DNA of 64,000 bases, taken from contig JBHGNT010000012.1 in the NCBI GenBank assembly GCA_043228905.1, forward strand, positions 4,340,001-4,404,000. The letters are read 5' to 3'. Position 1 is the stretch's first letter; each line of letters begins with the position of its first letter. Under the pieces are notes generated by a model. The model did no database searches and was not told where the DNA came from. It saw only the letters and a program-made list of their open reading frames with translations. The translations under genes and the position numbers were made by a program. This stretch comes from Azolla caroliniana (lineage: Eukaryota; Plantae; Polypodiophyta). Positions 11,950-24,083 of the stretch are shown here, one piece after another.

Positions 11950-13871
11950 GTGGATTCGGCGTCTCTGAATCAAACATCCGAACCGAATCGGCTTCCTCCA
12001 ATTGGTTTTCGCTCTCATCCGAGTTGGCTTCATCTCCTCCATGCTTGGCTGGCTTCAGCTCTTTCTTTCGACGGTTGCCCTCTCGTCCACTTTCGAACTC
12101 TTTCGCGTATTAGCCCTCGGCTTCTTCAGCCGACCCGAAATGGAATTCCTCATCCGACTTAGCGTCACGGTCTCTTCTGCTCCTTTCTTGTTCCCTTCCA
12201 TGATCTTCCGGGACTTCTCTCCCCCTCATGTTTGGCACATCGAGGTGGCGCAACCCAAGTGCACCCGAGAATTGCCGCAACTTGTCGAGACGAAGGGGCT
12301 TGGTGAAAATGTCGGTGATCTGCCGATCTGTCGGAACACGCTCGTGGACAAAGTGGTAGTGCACCTCAATGTGCTTAGTTCGGGCGTGGAAGACAGTGTT
12401 CTTCGCTAACTGGATGTTGCTGAGGTTGTTGTAGTAGATCGTTGTTGGATCGGACACCGCCACCCGCAGATCCTTAAGTAGTCGTTTCAGCCAGATGGCT
12501 TCGCATGTTGCGACAACCGCTCCTCTATACTCGGCTTCGGTGCTCGATAGTGCAACTGTTGGCTGCTTCTTGCTACTCCACGCAATCGCAACGCTCCCAA
12601 GAGAGAACGTGAATCCGGATGTGGATTGGCGATCACTGGCGTTTCCGGCCCAATCAGCATCGATGTAACCGACTAACTACGCCGCAATATCCGTCTGATA
12701 TAGTAGCCCCCGGTCCTTAGTGCCATTGACGTACCGGAGTACGTGTTGTGCGCACTGAAGGTGCTCCTCGGTTGGTCGCGCCATGAACTGACTAATCATA
12801 CCGACCGGGTAACTGAGGTTTGGTCGAGTGATAGTCAAGTAGATGAGGCTTCCGACAATCTATCGGAACCTCTTCGGGTCACAAACCTTTCTAGAGTCAG
12901 GGCGAAGCTTGACGGTTCTATCCAGAGGAGTTGAGACGGACTTACAATATGCCATCTCGAACTTGAAGAGCATACCCAGCACGTAATGTTGTTGGTTGAT
13001 CAGTATGCCTTCGGGGGTACGGATCACTTCGATCTCGAGGAAGTAATGAAGGTCCCCCAGGTCCTTTATGTTAAATGATGCCACGAGCTGGAGCTTTACG
13101 CGGTCAATTTCACCTAGGTCGGCGCTGGTGATGACCAAGTCATCAACATAAAATAAAATACTAACCGGCCCGAGTCGACCTTGCCGATGAACAGTGAAGA
13201 GTCCAATTTGGACGTCGCAAATCCCATCCGACGCAATCGTTGCATGATTTTCGCGTTCTAAGCATGCGGGGTTTGCTTTAGTCCGTAAAGCGACTTCTTC
13301 AACCGGCAGACCGCCAAAGTGTTCATTCCGGAGTGAAATACGGGGGGGTGTACCATGTACACTTGTTCCTCAACTCGCCTTGCAAGAACGCATTCTTGAC
13401 ATCTATCTGATGTAAATGCCACCCCTTCGCCGCTACTACGGCTAGCAGAACACACACGGTAGTCATCTTCGCGACAGGCGCGAAGGTCTCGTCGTAGTCC
13501 ACGCCGTGCTTCTACGCGTAGCCTTTCGCTACTAACTGGGCCTTGTATCGGTTGATCGAGCCGTCGGTGTTGTACTTGACCTTGTACACCCACCTATATC
13601 CGATCGGGTTCACACCCTTTAGTGCGTCAACTAGGTCCCAGGTTTCTTTCTCCACCAATGCACGCATCTCTTCCTCCATTGCGGCACGCCAATTTGCGTC
13701 CTTCGTTGCTTCTGCGTAGCTCTCCGGCTCACACACTTCCGCTACACGCGTCATGTATGTATAGTGATGCGCCATGTACTCGTTGTATCCGAACCGCACA
13801 ACAGGGTTCTTCTGGCGGGTAGATCGGCGTAACTGCTCATTAGCCGATGTTGAGGCTTTCTTGGCTGACGC
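11950..13871 (-). pseudogene. pol: Copia D RT / RNase H (degenerate)
   Basis: [42 protein letters not shown] in broken frames. Confidence 0.9.
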
Positions 13872-14879
13872 TGTCATGAAGATTTTCGGCAATGGTGTGA
13901 AAATCGCATAAAACATACAAAATCGAGTATGAATCGCATAAAACAATATTAGTGAAGATACAAATTTGAAATAAGTTTAATATCTTGGTACAAAAAGATG
14001 GAGGTCTTGAAGAGCTTTCGAATGCACTTCACTACATAAGAAATAGACATCTAAGTGTCAAGTTATGTGGGTATAAAGTTTTGCAAAATAAAAAGAGAAA
14101 AATAAAACTGTGAAATATCCCACATATATAGGAAAAGTTTAGGCTCCAGCTGTATAAGAAGATTGAGATCCATCATATTTTATCTATGTGTTAAGAGCAC
14201 ATAAGAAATAGTTGGACTTGGGCCACTTTTGTCTAGATGGACATATGTGGCTAAGTCGCCGGATGTGGCTAAGTGCCCGAACCCACTGGTGAAGAAACTC
14301 AAACCGGCCGATAACAGGATTGGAAACCGGATGGAGCCGGCAACCGGATGCATATGGCAATTGGTGACCGGACGGAATCGGCGATAGTGACGACATCTGG
14401 CGACTGGTGAACGACATCCGGTGTCGGAGCCGGTGAGCCGGCGGAACTGGCCACCGACGATCGGCAAGGATCGATTGGCCGGTGACCGGCAAGCGACTCG
14501 GGATGCGGACCGAACCGGATCGGGATGCGGATTGGGCTAGACCAAACGGATGCAAATCAGACGAATCGGTCGGGTCGGTTGATCGTGGTGCATGTTGTCT
14601 TAAAGATATTGTCGGAACCCAACGTTCCTTATGTGCAACGCTCAGCCACAACCGAGCTTAGAATGATACACAAAAACACGGGAAATAAAACGCGACACAA
14701 AGAAGGAGAGAATACACAGGAGGTTTACGTGGAAAACCCCAAACTAGGGGAAAAACCACGGTAGCCCACAGGCTGCAAACTGTCACTATGTAGGAATATA
14801 CAACAGTGAGTTCACTGAGGCACCGACCTAGTGCTCACAAATCTTCGGCACAGGCGGTGGTTACAACAGAGGCAACGAC

Positions 14880-14920
<41 letters not shown>

Positions 14921-15097
14921 CAGTTACGCACACTGATCTCGTGCAAAACAGAAAATGACAACAACAACTAAAAGTTTGCCCTAAGTCGTATTTATACTAA
15001 TATGAATTTTCGGCTATCTACAAATATAGCCTCGATGGGCTCTCAGAAAACATATTTACGAATATGTCTCTTCCTCCAGTTCTGACCGGTTCTGCAC

Positions 15098-15350
15098 CAT
15101 CCGGCTCTCCGTAGCCGGGTACTCCTCATCCGGTTCACACCGGGTCTGCACCATCCGGCTCTCCGTAGCCGGGTACTCCTCATCCGGTCTTCACCGGGAC
15201 TGTATCATCCGGCTCTCCGTAGCCGGGTACTCCTCATCCGGTCCTCACCGGGTCTGTATCATCCGGCTCTCCGTAGCCGGGTACTCCTCATCCGGTCCTC
15301 ACCGGGTCTGTATAATCCGGCTCTCCGTAGCCGGGTACTCCTCATACCGT
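15098..15350. repeat. 54-bp tandem repeat in Copia E 3' LTR (5 units, last partial)
   Basis: Unit CATCCGGCTCTCCGTAGCCGGGTACTCCTCATCCGGTCCTCACCGGGTCTGTAT. Confidence 0.95.
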
Positions 15351-15395
15351 TTCCCTTCCCATCCGGAGGGACCTGTCTCCCAACAAACTCCCCCT

Positions 15396-18300
15396 TCACT
15401 CCGGCATGGGGTGTCTTACCAGTTCGATTCTCTTCCGGCATGCATCCAGCTTGTCAGGTGTCAGCACTTTGGTCAGCATATCTGACCCGTTCTCGGCCGT
15501 GTGGATCTTCGTCAGTGCGAACTCCTGGTCATCTACTCTTTCCCGGATCCAGTGATACCTCCGCTGGATATGCTTCGTCCGTGAATGGTAGGCCGCATTC
15601 TTAGCAAGGTGGATGGCACTTTGACTGTCGCAATAGAGTCGGTATTCCTCTTGCCGTATACCGAGCTCTCCGATGAAGTCCTTCATCCATAAAATTTCCT
15701 TGCCGGCTTCCACAGCTGCCATGTACTCCGCCTCCGTGGTTGACAATGCAACCATCTTCTGCAGCCTCGACTGCCACGAAATAGCTCCCCCTGCATATGT
15801 CATTACATACCCGGATGTAGACCGGCTGATATCCACATAAGCCGACATGTCCGAATCGGTGAAACCGTCCAGTTGAGGTTTTCTGGAGCCGAATCGGAGA
15901 CACATACTTGAAGTTCCCTTCAAATACCGGAGTATCCATTTGACCGCGTTCCAGTGCTCCTTGCCGGGATTGCTCATAAACCGGCTCACCATCCCGACTG
16001 CGTATCCTATATCCGGTCGGGTACACACCATTGCGTACATCAAGCTCCAGACGGCAGATAGCTTCGGGCTTCGGGCTTTGCTTGCCGGATAGCTTGCAGT
16101 TTGCCGGAAGTGTTGATTCGACCGGCTTCGCTTCTGACATGTTGAACCGGTGAAGCACCTTTGTCACATACTTCTCCTGTGACAGCCATAACTGCTTCGC
16201 TGACCGGTTCCGGATGATGTGCATCCCCAACATCTGTCTTGCCGGACCCAAGTCTTTCATTGAGAAGGTCCGGTTGAGAGCCTTCTTCAGCATCCGTATT
16301 TTGACTTGGTCCCGTCCGACGATCAACATGTCATCCACGTACAGGAGGAGTATCAGGAAGTCTCCTCCTTCAAACTTCTTCACAAACACACAGTGATCGG
16401 CGTGCGTCTTGTGGTACCCTTGATCGGTCATGAAGGAGTCGAACTTCCGGTACCACTGTCCGGGTGCCTGCTTCAGTCCGTATAGGCTCTTCTTCAACCG
16501 GCATACCAGGTGCTCCTTCCTTTTCTCCATGAATCCTTCCGGTTGCTGCATGTAGATCTCCTCTTTGAGGTCGCCGTGAAGGAATGCCGTCTTCACGTCT
16601 AGCTGCTCTACCTCGAGGTCCATGCTTGGTGCTATACTCAGCACCGTCCGGATGGAGGCCATCTTTACTACCGGGGCAAATATCTCGTCGAAGTCCACGC
16701 CCTTCTTCTGCTGGAACCCCTTCACCACGATCCTGGCTTTGTATCTCGGGGGTTTGCCGGCATCTCCCGGTTTCAACTTGTACACCCACTTGTTTCGGAG
16801 TGCCCGCTTTCCTTTCGGCAACTCCACCAATTCGTACGTATGGTTCTCATGCAGGGAATCCATCTCATCCTGCATGGCACTTAACCATTTTCGGCTGTGG
16901 GTGTCTTCCTTCGCTTCTTTGAAGCTTTCCGGCTCCTCCTCATCGGTCAGCAGAACATGCTCTGCATCCGGAAATCTCCGGGGTGCCCTTCTCTCTTTAA
17001 GAGGATATCTCCATCTTCGGGCTTCGGTAACCGGCTCGCCCATCTTCTCTTCATCCGAATCCGATTCGGGGTCTAGGCCGGTTCCGGTTTCAGCTTCCTC
17101 TACTTCTTCTTCTGCCGGTTCGATATCCTCACCGTAACCGGCTGGTTCCTCGAGTGCTAGCCGGTCTCGTGCCGGTTGGGTCTGCTCATCGTAGAGTCTA
17201 TCCTTTTCGGCGACTCGGAGTTCATTATCTTCTTCTCCGACTCCCAGTCGGCGAGCGTCTTGTTCTCCATGAAGATAATATCTCGACTCCGGAATACCTT
17301 CTTGTCGACTAGGTCCCACACTCGGTAGCCGAACTCATCGTCACCGTAACCGAGGAATATGCATGGCCGGGTCCTTGGATCTAACTTTCCTCTCCGGTCC
17401 TTTGCTACATGCACGTACGCGAGACACCCGAACACCCTTAGATGCCGGTAGGACACTTCCTTACCGGTCCATACTCTCTGTGGCGTGTCTCCGTCCAAGG
17501 GTATTGAGGGTGATCTGTTTATCACATATGTCGCCGTCCACAGTGCCTCAGCCCAAAACTTCTTGGGTAGTTTTGCATGCGCTAGGATACTCCGGACCCT
17601 CTCCATTATAGTCCGGTTTATCCTCTCGGCCAGCCCATTTAGTTCCGGCACCTTCGGCACGGTAAATTCGAGCCGGATTCCCTTCGAGCGGTAGTACTCC
17701 TCGAACTGCCCCCGGTATTCTCCTCCGTTATCTGCTCGAACCGCCTTCAGCTTCCGGCCGGTTTCTCTTTCCACTCTCGCGTGGAGCTCTTTGAAGACGG
17801 ATAACACCTGATCCTCCGTCTTCAACGGTGTGGCCCACAGCTTCCGGTTGTGGTCATCTATGAACATCACGAAGTACTGCGCTCCGGCATGTGACTTCGT
17901 GTCTACCTGACACACATCCGTATGCACCAACTCCAGTGGTGCAATACGTCTCATCGGTGGCCTTGGTCGGAAGGAGGTCCGGTTCTGCTTACCGGCCAGA
18001 CAATCGTGCACTTCTCTAAGTGCACGTTCTTCACTGGAATGAGGTTGTCGTCTGCAAGCCTCTTCATCCCCTTCTCACTCATGTGACACAGCCTCTTGTG
18101 CCATAGCTCACCGGCAGTGTCGGATGCCACGTTCACTTCTTCCGGGCATAACCGGGCATTCATCAGGTACAACGTGTTTACCTTCCGGGCCTGAGCCACA
18201 ATCAGGCTCCCTTTGCTGAACTTCATGACACCGTTCCAGATGCTACCCGTGTAACCTTCATCATCTAGCCGACCGGCTGATATCAGGTTCAGACGAACTT

Positions 18301-19408
18301 CCGGAACGTGTCAGACATCCTTCAGCAGCAGCTTGCATCCGGTTGGTGTTGACAGCCACACATCTCCTATGCCGACAATTCGGCATGTTCCTTCGTTCCC
18401 CATCCGGACACAGCCGTGGTCACCGGCTGAGTAGGATGAGAAGCATTTCCGGTCCGGGGTAAGGTGGAACGATGCTCCGGAATCTACCACCCAGGTCATC
18501 TCGTCGCCGGCAAGGTTTATTTCACTCTCCTCGGTGATGAGCATCAACTCTTCTTCACTTGCCGCGATTGCCGTCGTTCCCTTCCGGTCCGGCCCCCTTT
18601 GGTCTTTACCGTTCCGGTCCGAGGTTTGCTTCGAATCGGTACCGTCGGTCTCCTTATCTTTTCGGAAATGCCGACAGTTCTTTTGGAAGTGTCCCGGCTT
18701 GCCACAATAGAAGCAAGTAGGCCTCCCCCTTGACTTTGACCGTGTCCCCGACTTCTCCCGGTTCTGAGGACTATGGTTTCTTTGTCTTCCGCGTTCTGAT
18801 TCGGTAAGGAGCGCTTTGGAGTCGGAGCTCGTATCTTTATCTTTCCGACGCGCCTCCTCATCTAGCAAGCTCGACTTTACTCTTGCTAGGGATAACCGCT
18901 TTCCTTCCGGCCCGGCATTGCCCAAAGTGACTACCAACGTCTCCCAGCTATCCGGGAGGGAATCGAGCAGGAGTAGCGCAAGTACCTCATCGGCGAGAGG
19001 TACTTCCAATGAAGTTGCCTGGTGGATCAGCCCCTGGAAGGCATTCATGTGCTCCGCCATGCTGGAGCCATCTTGGTACCGGAGTCTTACTAGCTTCCGG
19101 AATACTAACACCTGGTTAACAACATTTTTGTTCTGAAACATTATGCCGATCTTCTCCCAGAGCTCATGAGCCTTGCTCTCTTCATTGAAGTTGTTGTACA
19201 GGCTCATGTCGATGAAGCACCGTATGTACGCCGTTGTCTTCATGTGCATCACCTCCCATATCGCGGTGTCGATTTTGTCCGGTCTCTTGTCCCCGAACTG
19301 AACCGGCAGCCAGAGGTCTTTAACCACGAGCATGTCCCTCATCTTCGACTTCCATACTGAATAGTTGGAGCCGGTGAGCTTGAACATGCCACCAAACGAT
19401 TCGTCCAT
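15396..19408 (-). pseudogene. gag-pol: Copia E gag-pol (a few frameshifts/stops and a small RT deletion)
   Basis: KLTGSNYSVWK gag; CFYCGKPGHFQKNC; WVVDSGASFH; VRADNGGEY; LYVDDML; STTEAEY. Confidence 0.93.
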
Positions 19409-19919
19409 ATTTCTGTGTTGTTTTGCTCTGATACCACTTGTCGGAACCCAACGTTCCTTATGCGCAACGCTTAGCCACAACCGAGCTTAGAATGATACAC
19501 AAAAACACGGGAAATAAAACGCGACACAAAGAAGGAGAGAATACACAGGAGGTTTACGTGAAAAACCCCAAACTAGGGAAAAACCACGGCAGCCCACAGG
19601 CTGCAAACTGTCACTATGTAGGAATATACAACAGTGAGTTCACTGAGGCACCGACCTAGTGCTCACAAATCTTCGGCACATGCGGCGGTTACAACAGAGG
19701 CAACGACCTCTTTCTCTCTCTTTCTCTCTCTCTCTCTCTGTACAGTTACGCACACTGATCTCGTGCAAAACAGAAAATGACAACAACAACTAAAAGTTTG
19801 CCCTAAGTCGTATTTATACTAATATGAATTTTCGGTTATTTTCAAATATAGCCTCGATGGGCTCTCAGAAAACATATTTACGAATATGTCTCTTCCTCCG
19901 GTTCTGACCGATTCTGCAC

Positions 19920-20226
19920 CATCCGGCTCTCCGTAGCCGGGTACTCCTCATCCGGTTCACACCGAGCCTGCACCATCCGGCTCTCCGTAGCCGGGTACTC
20001 CTCATCCGGTCTTCACCGGGACTGTATCATCCGGCTCTCCGTAGCCGGGTACTCCTCATCCGGTCCTCACTGGGTCTGTATCATCCGGCTCTCCGTAGCC
20101 GGGTACTCCTCATCCGGTCCTCACCGGGTCTGTATCATCCGGCTCTCCGTAACCGCGTACTCCTCATCCGGTCCTCACCGGGTCTGTATCATCCGGCTCT
20201 CCGTAGCCGGGTACTCCTCATACCGT
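19920..20226. repeat. 54-bp tandem repeat in Copia E 5' LTR (6 units, last partial)
   Basis: Same unit as 15098-15350 with one extra copy. Confidence 0.95.
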
Positions 20227-20303
20227 TTCCCTTCCCATCCGGAGGGACCTGTCTCCCAACAGATATTTGGTCCAAAAGCCTAATAGTATTTCGTGCATAA
20301 AAG

Positions 20304-20379
20304 AAAAAGATGTAAGCAAGACTCAAACTTTGCACCTCCAAGATTGGAGGCAATAGACTTACCACTAGGCTACGTTATT
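20304..20379 (-). ncRNA. tRNA-derived Pol III-type cassette inside the solo LTR (not a canonical tRNA)
   Basis: Minus strand: A box TAGCCTAGTGG (20372-20362), B-box-like AGTTTGAGTCT (20329-20319), TTTTT terminator (20308-20304), TTATAAT at 20409-20403. Confidence 0.55.
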
Positions 20380-20903
20380 TCTTTAGAAATGATTTTCCTA
20401 TCATTATAATTTTACATGTAAATACTCATATTAGAGCTTGATTGACATGTGATGCATGAGCGCCAAATGGCAAACATGCATCGTGCATGCATTTCATGCA
20501 TTGTATGCATGTCTTGTACCCTCACATGCATCATATGCATGGGAGCATCTATAAAAGGGTGGATGAAAAAGATCAAAGGGGATTTTTATGAGGAAAGCTT
20601 TGTACTTGATATCAAAATTAAAATTAAAAGTAAGAAATTCGTTATCCAATTGATGATATATCTTGTCTCTCAAAATCTAAAGTTAAAAGTTCGATCTTAT
20701 CTCTCTCACTCTCTATCTCTCTCTTGCCATATCAATCTCTCTCAACCTAAACTCAAGCGTTTAAATCTCATATTAATCTCTCTCTCTTTCAATCTATCTT
20801 AAATCCTTTCTCACTAAAGCTAGTGCAAACTTTGAGTCCTTCCGGTTCAGAACCTCGACGGTTCCGCCTCACGATCCGCGCGTAGTGATGGATCTTCACG
20901 ACA

Positions 20904-23540
20904 ACGTGGACTTCGCTCTCGAAGGCCCGTCATCGCTCTTCTCAGAGTCAGATTCATGTCGATCCAACTCGCCCTTATCCGTGCCGTACTCCGACATCTT
21001 CTTCTTCCCTTTTTCCTTGCGCGTAAACCGTCTCATCGGCTTCTTGTGCGGGGAATGCACGGCCGAGCCTCGACTACTCGTTGGCTTTTCATTCGAACTG
21101 GTGAAACCAACCCAGTCGCTCGTTCGGTCCACTTAGCCGAAATGAAATCGAATTCTCATCGAGGGTCTTGATTTCGCGGTCATCCGGAGGCATTTAAGCC
21201 TCACTGACCTCATGGTCAGAACTTGGGTCCAAACATCCGTAGTTGGAGTTGAGGTCCAAAGTCGGAGGCAAGTACTAGGACACAGACTCATCAAACACAA
21301 CATCGCGGTTCATGCGAGCTTGTTTGGTTCGGGGGTTATATCACTTATAACCCTTCTGTTCGTCTGAATAGCCGACCAAGATACACTTCTCGGCTTTCGC
21401 ATCCAACTTCCTCCGTTTCTCCTTCGGCACATGCACATACGCACATACGCAATGCTATCGAAGACTCTCAAGTGTCGTAGATTCGGCTTTCTTCCGAAAT
21501 ACAGCTCATGCACCGACACTTTGTCTTTGATTCCATTCTGGATGTAGACTGCGGTTCGTACTGCTTTGGCCCAATAGAACTTGGGCAAGCTCTTTTCTTT
21601 CAGCATTGCCGGCACCACTTCCACAACCGACCGATTTTTCCTTTCGGCTATGCCATTTTGCTCCGGCGTATATGTGCAACTGAATTCGCGCCGAATTCCC
21701 ATTTGTTGCAAATAACTGTTGAATTGGCCAAAAAAGTACTCTTTTCCACCATCCGACCGCATGCACTTGATCTCTCTCCTTGTTTCCCTTTCTACGAAGC
21801 TTTTGAGGTCCCGGAAATAGTTGAAGAATTCCCTTTTCTTTTCAATGAGATAGATCCACGTGTGCCGTGTAGTAGTCGATGAAGGAGACAAAATATCGAC
21901 TCCCGCCAAGACTAACGTTTTGTGACGGCCCCCATACATCCGAATGTATGAAGTCGAGCTTGTTCCGTCTCCGGTTATGCTCGTTGGGAAAAGGAAGTCG
22001 GTGTTGCTTCCCTAGCTAGGAGGCTTCACAAATTTGGGCCTTTTGGCCATTGAATTTGGGCAATCCGAACACAACTTGTTTCGATTGCAAGTCCTGAAGC
22101 CTTTGATAGTTGACGTGGCCTATCCGCTTGTGCCATAAGTCGATATCCGACGCGACTTTTTGTCCTTTTGCAAACATTACGGTGCCAACGTCATTGGTGT
22201 CGAGGATAAACATCCTCTTGTCTCTGCGCCCTTGCGCAATAACTTGGCCTTCCTCCTCGATGAAGCACCCAAGATGCGTGAACCAGACTTGCATCCCCTA
22301 GTCGACGATCTGCCCGACCGACACCAGATTCTTCGTGATTGTTGGGACGTGTTACACGTTCATGAGTTTCCCTTATTGCCCAACATGGCTTAGGGGAACT
22401 TCACCGACATTCTCGATCGGATGCGGAGTGTCGTCTCTTGTTGCGACTACTCCCGGTTGCATCGGTTTCTCAAGGTATGAGAACCACTCCTTATGGCTCG
22501 TCATGTGATTTGATGAGCCGGAGTCAACGTACCACACCTCGTCCGATTTCGGGGTGGTCTTCTTCATCGAGTTCGCCTCATGTCTCGTCACGAAGGCTAC
22601 CCCCTTTCTGACTTTTTCGGATCCTTCGGTGTAGTGTGATCGCTGCCGATTTCCTTTGTCGGTTTGTCCTGATTTGGATCCAGTTTTCTCCTAATCTGCG
22701 CGCTTCTTCCAACACTCACTCTCCTTGTGGCCTTTCTTACAATAGTACCGGCATTCCGCGATGGGTTTCCCTTGCCGGTTCTCGTCGCCTTGACTCCCCC
22801 TGTTTCCGGAGGGTCCGGAATTGCTGTCGGCATCACTTCGGTGCCTTCTTTCTTGATCCCGTTGGCTGCCTCCATTCCGCACCGACTCACCTCGTCCGCC
22901 ATGACCACGGGGCCTATCTCCCTCCGTGTACAACATCTTTGCTATCGGTGTACGTACTCGTCGATGCACCCGCGTGGTTCTCCTCTATAAGGAGCATCGA
23001 CTGTAGGTCAAAAAACGAAGGCGTATTCTCCCGTGTGCACACAGTAGTTCGGAACGCTCCGAACTTCGACGCCAGTCCCCCGAGACAAATCTGCACCATC
23101 TCGCCTTCCTCGACGTTCACATCGATGGAGGCTAAGGAGTTGCATATATCTTTGATCTTCGAGGTGTAATTAACCACTGACAAATCGTGTTGTCGCAAGT
23201 TGCTCAACTCCTGTCGGAGTTGGAGCTTTCTGGCTGTGGTGCTTGCGGAGAAAATCTTTTTCAGATTTCCCCAAGCATCCTTCGGCGTTTTCGCATCCCA
23301 AAAATAGCTCAAAAGTTGTTCGCCCACACAAGACCCGAGGCATGAGAGAACTCTGCTTGCCGATTGTTCCCAAGCCGGGAAGTCTTTGTGTATCAAATTG
23401 GGTGCTATGTCATTTGCTCCGTTGACATAACTCCAATATCCATGCCCGGGTAGGTACTGGTGCATCTTGTACGACCAAGGCGCTTAGTTGTGTTTGTCGA
23501 GCTTCTCGGTCGGAAGCGAGCTAGCCATGCCTCTATCCAT
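20904..23540 (-). pseudogene. gag-pol: Copia D gag, protease and integrase (degenerate)
   Basis: MHQYLPGHGYWSYV, WYVDSGSSNHM, LWHKRIGH, MRSDGGKEY. Confidence 0.9.
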
Positions 23541-24083
23541 TTTGTTTTCCCTGTTCTTTACAAAGGTTAGGTTTTCTTCTCGAGCTAAGGTCGGCTGCAG
23601 AGGTTCTCAACCCTCGTGCTCTGATACCATGTGAAAAGAACAACGTGCGGAAGCAACAGAAAGCAGAACGTAGGAAAACACAGGTTTAATGGAGAGCTTG
23701 GACACACACAGAGTACGTGGGAGAGATAGATAGAGAGAGAGAGAGAGAGTCAATACACACAACTCTATTCAAAAAATAATACTCAGTCTATGTAGAATGT
23801 GCTAAGTGAGCACTTTTATACAAGTCCATACGGACTGACAGAAGTACTGACACGTACTTCAATGCTCATAAATGAGCTCTACACTAACTTCCAAAATGTA
23901 TTCCTACGCGGAATATCTTTCCAACGGTCTTGCGGTTTACGCACTGCTACGGCTTCTTGTTGCGCACCAGTCAACGCGCCCGGTTTACGCACCGGTCCAG
24001 CCTAACTGATCGGTCCCAACCAATCCGGTTCTTGGCTTGCACAGCCGATCCGGCCAATGTTGAGCTTGTATCTCAACAATACT

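Larger units (their letters stand above)
14610..20261 (-). mobile_element. Copia E (Tnt1-like), inserted in the solo LTR
   Basis: LTRs 14610-15385 and 19439-20261; TSD GATAT; PBS TGGTATCAGAGC at 19425-19436; PPT GAAGGGGGAG. Confidence 0.96.
13872..20903 (+). mobile_element. Solo LTR (~1.37 kb without Copia E), probably of a Gypsy lineage related to host J
   Basis: Ends TGTCATGAAGA / TCTTCACGACA (10/11 inverted repeat); interrupts Copia D pol; apparent 4-bp TSD ACGC/ACGT; TATAAAA at ~20550 followed by a CT-rich tract; 5' end resembles the J LTR start. Confidence 0.8.
11216..24078 (-). mobile_element. Copia D, LTR retrotransposon related to C and F, inserted in Copia B integrase
   Basis: LTRs 11216-11734 and 23630-24078 (differ in (GA)n length); TSD ATACT; PBS TGGTATCAGAGC at 23618-23629; PPT at 11735-11744. 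Confidence 0.95.

Noticed and set aside
15098-20226. Palindromic 54-bp repeats in the Copia E LTRs as a CRISPR array
   Set aside because: The intervening segments are near-identical rather than unique spacers, there are no cas genes, and the arrays lie inside eukaryotic LTRs.
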